A DNA stretch of 64,000 nucleotides from an uncultured Bdellovibrio sp. (GTDB lineage: Bacteria; Bdellovibrionota; Bdellovibrionia; Bdellovibrionales; Bdellovibrionaceae), in the NCBI GenBank assembly GCA_963932905.1, contig CAWVRN010000005.1, forward strand, positions 64,001 to 128,000. The letters are read 5' to 3'. Each line of letters begins with the position of its first letter. The first letter of the stretch is position 1. Made by a program: the position numbers and the translations under genes. Positions 60,841 to 64,000 of this stretch are shown here, in pieces. Under the pieces are notes generated by a model, which did not search any database, was not told the origin of the DNA, and saw only the letters and a program-made list of their open reading frames with translations.

Positions 60841-62751
60841 ATGATTTTCAAGCGTGGGTTTGTTGCCATTTTGTTTACTTCGTCTGTTGTTTTTGCTCAA
60901 ATAGGAGCAAAAACAGAATATACAAAATCGTCATATTTTGAACCAGGTGAGGGAATTGTATTTCCAAATTTAGAATTGGAATACTCTCTGGACCCTAAAA
61001 CCCCGAATCAATTAAAAGTAGGAAATGCTATTTTCAATCAAAGTACCTTTTTGATTGAATTGAAAAGTCTTTATCAGCTAGATCCCGTTTTTAGGTCTCC
61101 TTTAAATCAAAAAAATGAATGGTCTTTGATTCTTCACTGGCCAAAGCACTTGTTTCCTGCTCCCGAGATAGAAATCATCTCGGGTAGTGGTCAATCGGTT
61201 TGGAGAACGGCATTGACTGAATCAGATTTGAAAGCCTGGCGGGACCGCACTGATGGGTGGAAAAAGAAGTTAGGAACTCCAAAAATTAATCCAACAGTTT
61301 TGAATTCCAGTTTTGGTTTAATTGGTGGAAGTGAGGTCAATCGCCTGCGAGATTTGTTAGCTAAATCATTTAAGTTTTGTATTTTTAATAAAACAGGAAA
61401 GGGTGATTCTCGGTATTGCTCCCCGTTGATGGCGATCAGACAAGGTAAGAAATTATATGCATACAACGATTTAAAAAATCGTGTGTTGATCCAAAATGAA
61501 GAAGCGAAATCTGAAGATATTGTAAAAATGGATCCGTCAATTCCCGCTACTTTCTATGCAGAGTTCGCACTTGGTGGGAGTTACGAATTTAAAACAGAGG
61601 TACCGAAACCAGATTTAGTGGACATTGCAGAAATTAATGAAAAAACGTTGAAACTAACTGGCTATGGTAGCAAACCGAATATGCCGGTACGAATTATTTC
61701 AAAAGAGGAAACCTCGAAATTAACTCGTTTTTTCGGTTTCGAAGCAACGATTAAAGACGATCGCGAATTTTGGGAAATTATGATTCCTAAATCTTCACCT
61801 TATTTGTACTTCCCTGGACCTGCCGGAGGTGTTTTTCGCCAAGTTATTGCGGTAGATGAGGTGCCAAAAGCTAAATCACGTATCTGGGTTCACGAAAAAA
61901 CGCCCACATCCATTTATGGAAATGAAATTGCGATCAAGGCTGTAAAACCGCAAGGATCGACCGTAGAATCAGATCAGAATTCTATTGCTCCAGGTGCTAC
62001 ACCAAGAGAATTCATCTGGAATTTTCGCGCTGATAAAAAAGGTGAGTTAAACAAGAGTTACCTAACAGTCACACAAGGTGGAAAGAAATTCACATCGTTT
62101 TACGAAGTCTACCGATCTCAACCAAACGAAATTTCGGGCCGCTTCACGGGTATCTTGTCGAGTTCGGGCCAAGTTATTCTAGGTGAAGTGTCTTATAATC
62201 GCTGGTTTGAATCATTACTGGGAAAAAACTCATTCTCGTTCCAACGATGGGGTTTAAATGTCCGTTATTTTAAATCATTCAACCCATTATATGTATCAGA
62301 CAGCCAAAAAGAAAATCTGACGTCATTTACAGGAGACATCAAATATAGATTCACGCCAGGTGTGTGGACTCGCGACGCTTCCATGGGTGTTATGTTTGGA
62401 TACCAAGACTTAGTCTTTGGTGATTTCAAAGCCACAATGGCCGGAGGTGGTTGGTTCTGGGCCCGCTCGATGCCAAGAGTCTTCGATAGCATATTCAACT
62501 TGATACCATTCATGAGATATCCAAAATGGGTTGATATGGAAGTCATCTATTACTTCTCGTCATTGAACTCGAACATCACACTCGATTCTCCGTTCAGTGT
62601 AAACTTCCATGGGCAAATTCTTTGGAGCAAAAGTTTCTTCGGCGAAGCGGGATTTGGTTTAAAACGTTACGCGTTCGTCGATAAAGACCTAAGTCAAAAA
62701 GCCGAGTTAAATACTTTCTATGGGACGGTTGGCTTAGGCATTAAATTCTAA
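60841..62751 (+). CDS. Hypothetical secreted protein with probable C-terminal outer-membrane beta-barrel
   Basis: Signal peptide ending VFA; alternating aromatic strands; terminal Phe (GLGIKF). Confidence 0.7.
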   Translation: MIFKRGFVAILFTSSVVFAQIGAKTEYTKSSYFEPGEGIVFPNLELEYSLDPKTPNQLKVGNAIFNQSTFLIELKSLYQLDPVFRSPLNQKNEWSLILHWPKHLFPAPEIEIISGSGQSVWRTALTESDLKAWRDRTDGWKKKLGTPKINPTVLNSSFGLIGGSEVNRLRDLLAKSFKFCIFNKTGKGDSRYCSPLMAIRQGKKLYAYNDLKNRVLIQNEEAKSEDIVKMDPSIPATFYAEFALGGSYEFKTEVPKPDLVDIAEINEKTLKLTGYGSKPNMPVRIISKEETSKLTRFFGFEATIKDDREFWEIMIPKSSPYLYFPGPAGGVFRQVIAVDEVPKAKSRIWVHEKTPTSIYGNEIAIKAVKPQGSTVESDQNSIAPGATPREFIWNFRADKKGELNKSYLTVTQGGKKFTSFYEVYRSQPNEISGRFTGILSSSGQVILGEVSYNRWFESLLGKNSFSFQRWGLNVRYFKSFNPLYVSDSQKENLTSFTGDIKYRFTPGVWTRDASMGVMFGYQDLVFGDFKATMAGGGWFWARSMPRVFDSIFNLIPFMRYPKWVDMEVIYYFSSLNSNITLDSPFSVNFHGQILWSKSFFGEAGFGLKRYAFVDKDLSQKAELNTFYGTVGLGIKF

Positions 62752-62766
62752 ATAAAAAATCCCAAG

Positions 62767-63005
62767 TTTTTTCGGGGGCGATAGACTCCCTTCTTAAGAA
62801 AGATTCCAGGTGTAAATGGGGATCTTTCTCTTGAATGGGAGTTTTCTTTTTTGGAGGACGCCCTCCAGGCTCGGCCACCGGTTGGCTACGCCAACAATAC
62901 CGCATCCATGCGGCGGTGGAGCCTCCAAAAAAGAAAACTCCCATTCAAGAGAAAGACCGAGCTCGAATCGTTTCTTAAGAAGGGAGTCTATCGCCCCCGA
63001 AAAAA
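62767..63005. repeat. Giant intergenic palindromic element: two perfect 35-bp stems around a multi-hairpin core
   Basis: 62767-62801 pairs with 62971-63005; 62823-62857 pairs with 62922-62956 (checked base by base). Confidence 0.95.
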
Positions 63006-63203
63006 TTCTCCACACCGCAACCTTTTTTATGACCATAGTTGTTGTTCCGTTCTTGAGATGCTTTTGGATCATAAAAAAAATGTCGGATAAACCACGAAAC
63101 CCACACAAGGCAAAACCCTCGCTTTCAAAATCTCGGGGGATTTTCCTCTCACTGCGCCAAGTCCTCTAGTCCCAAAACAATTCCGAAAACTTCGTGAAAA
63201 AAG

Positions 63204-63220
63204 TTGGCGTGCACATTGCT
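63204..63220 (+). promoter_or_regulatory. Candidate sigma-54 (-24/-12) promoter
   Basis: TTGGCGTGCACATTGCT: GG-N10-GC with TTGC, about 70 nt upstream of GTG 63288. Confidence 0.7.
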
Positions 63221-63287
63221 AACATCTATCCCGGGTTCATCAGCCAGATAAAAAAGAGTCAGTTTGGCTCTTCTACCGGGGGGTAGC

Positions 63288-64000
63288 GTGGGTTTAGGTC
63301 ACTTCTTTTTGCTTACATTTTTTTACTGTTTCTTCACCTTCGCGGACAGTGTAAATATTCCAATAAAAACTGTAAAAAAACCAGCGGCTGATTTAAGTTA
63401 TCAAGGCAAAAAAATTGATCCATCCGAAGCGGCTGACTTGATGTCAAAGCAAATTGATATCAGCCGATTGAACCCTGGCGACAATAAATTCTGGCAAAAC
63501 AAAACATATGAAGTTAAAGATGCTTCGCTCAACGCATTCCCATTAGGCTCTGCGGGGGTAAATTTTCAAGCAACCGAAGCAGTTATCAATGAATTATTAA
63601 CCATCACTATTCGGGTACAAGATGCGACAGTTAAAGATCGTTTTTATCGTTTAGCTATCAGCCGGTATTCACCTTCATTTATGATGAGAGCCGCCATGCT
63701 AAGAAAGCTTGGGTATTTTATCCCTGCACTCAAGCAATACTCAGATATGAAAGTGCGTTTTCAAAGTGAAGCTGAAAAAGATTTATTCCTAGAAAACATG
63801 CAAAAGGCGATGGTTCTAGACGTTAGCGATACTAAGTGGATCAAAGAGAATAACAAAACGGATCACTCTCTGACATTCAGTGACTGTGTTTTAGAGACGC
63901 CGTCAAACGAATACTACGATCTACATTGGGGTACGACTCCAAACCCAAAAAACCCTGCGATGATATCTATTTTAGAATTGTTCTCAAAAAATCGCGCCTT
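63288..64000 (+). CDS. Hypothetical secreted protein, runs off window end
   Basis: Not in the ORF track; hand-translated open frame from GTG 63288 (MGLGHFFLLTFFYCFFTFA-DSVNIPIK...) to the end of the window. Confidence 0.8.
   Translation, partial: MGLGHFFLLTFFYCFFTFADSVNIPIKTVKKPAADLSYQGKKIDPSEAADLMSKQIDISRLNPGDNKFWQNKTYEVKDASLNAFPLGSAGVNFQATEAVINELLTITIRVQDATVKDRFYRLAISRYSPSFMMRAAMLRKLGYFIPALKQYSDMKVRFQSEAEKDLFLENMQKAMVLDVSDTKWIKENNKTDHSLTFSDCVLETPSNEYYDLHWGTTPNPKNPAMISILELFSKNRA

Noticed and set aside
675..62546. Numerous 60-140 aa ORFs antisense to or out of frame within identified genes (e.g. 675-860, 6564-6779, 36227-36571, 42542-42973)
   Set aside because: Shadow ORFs of well-supported genes, with no independent signals.
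62767..63005. CRISPR array or tRNA
   Set aside because: Repeats are inverted rather than direct and regularly spaced, no cas genes are nearby, and the core lacks T-loop/D-loop consensus.
62741..63169. Four overlapping short ORFs on both strands
   Set aside because: They mirror each other (FLRRESIAPEK on both strands) because they run through the palindrome; no SD or protein-like features.
1..64000. Prophage, integrase, transposase or defence island
   Set aside because: No such protein motifs recognised; content is mainly core housekeeping.

Overview
A gene-dense bacterial chromosomal segment, roughly 40% GC by eye. Gene content and style suggest phylum Bdellovibrionota (inference): type IV pilin beside clpS-clpA, two secreted subtilisins, a PilZ fusion, many orphan secreted proteins and an AAAAGTAGCCTGGCAC-type palindrome. 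Most genes are housekeeping: folE, tatA, selD-mnmH, argC-argJ-argB, FKBP PPIase, pdxH, pcp, apaG, M17 aminopeptidase, slt, htpX, clpAS, pilA, dnaJ, dnaK, cysteine synthase, acs, purKE, dus, grxC, mutS2 and lnt. No rRNA, tRNA, CRISPR array, transposase or phage genes were seen. Five observations stand out. (1) A ~240-nt intergenic palindrome at 62767-63005 has two perfect 35-bp stems around a multi-hairpin core, and a similarly built element lies at 16234-16460. (2) An exported subtilisin is fused through a GGCG/Gly-rich linker and one TM helix to a PilZ-like domain, in the same region as a diguanylate cyclase upstream of pilA. (3) A two-gene ABC exporter carries the half-specific motifs of eukaryotic MRP/ABCC transporters. 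(4) A recurring TAnnnT-6/7 nt-ATG pattern suggests many leaderless mRNAs. (5) Sigma-54 and sigma-32 promoter candidates are clear. All calls come from motif reading, not database searches.
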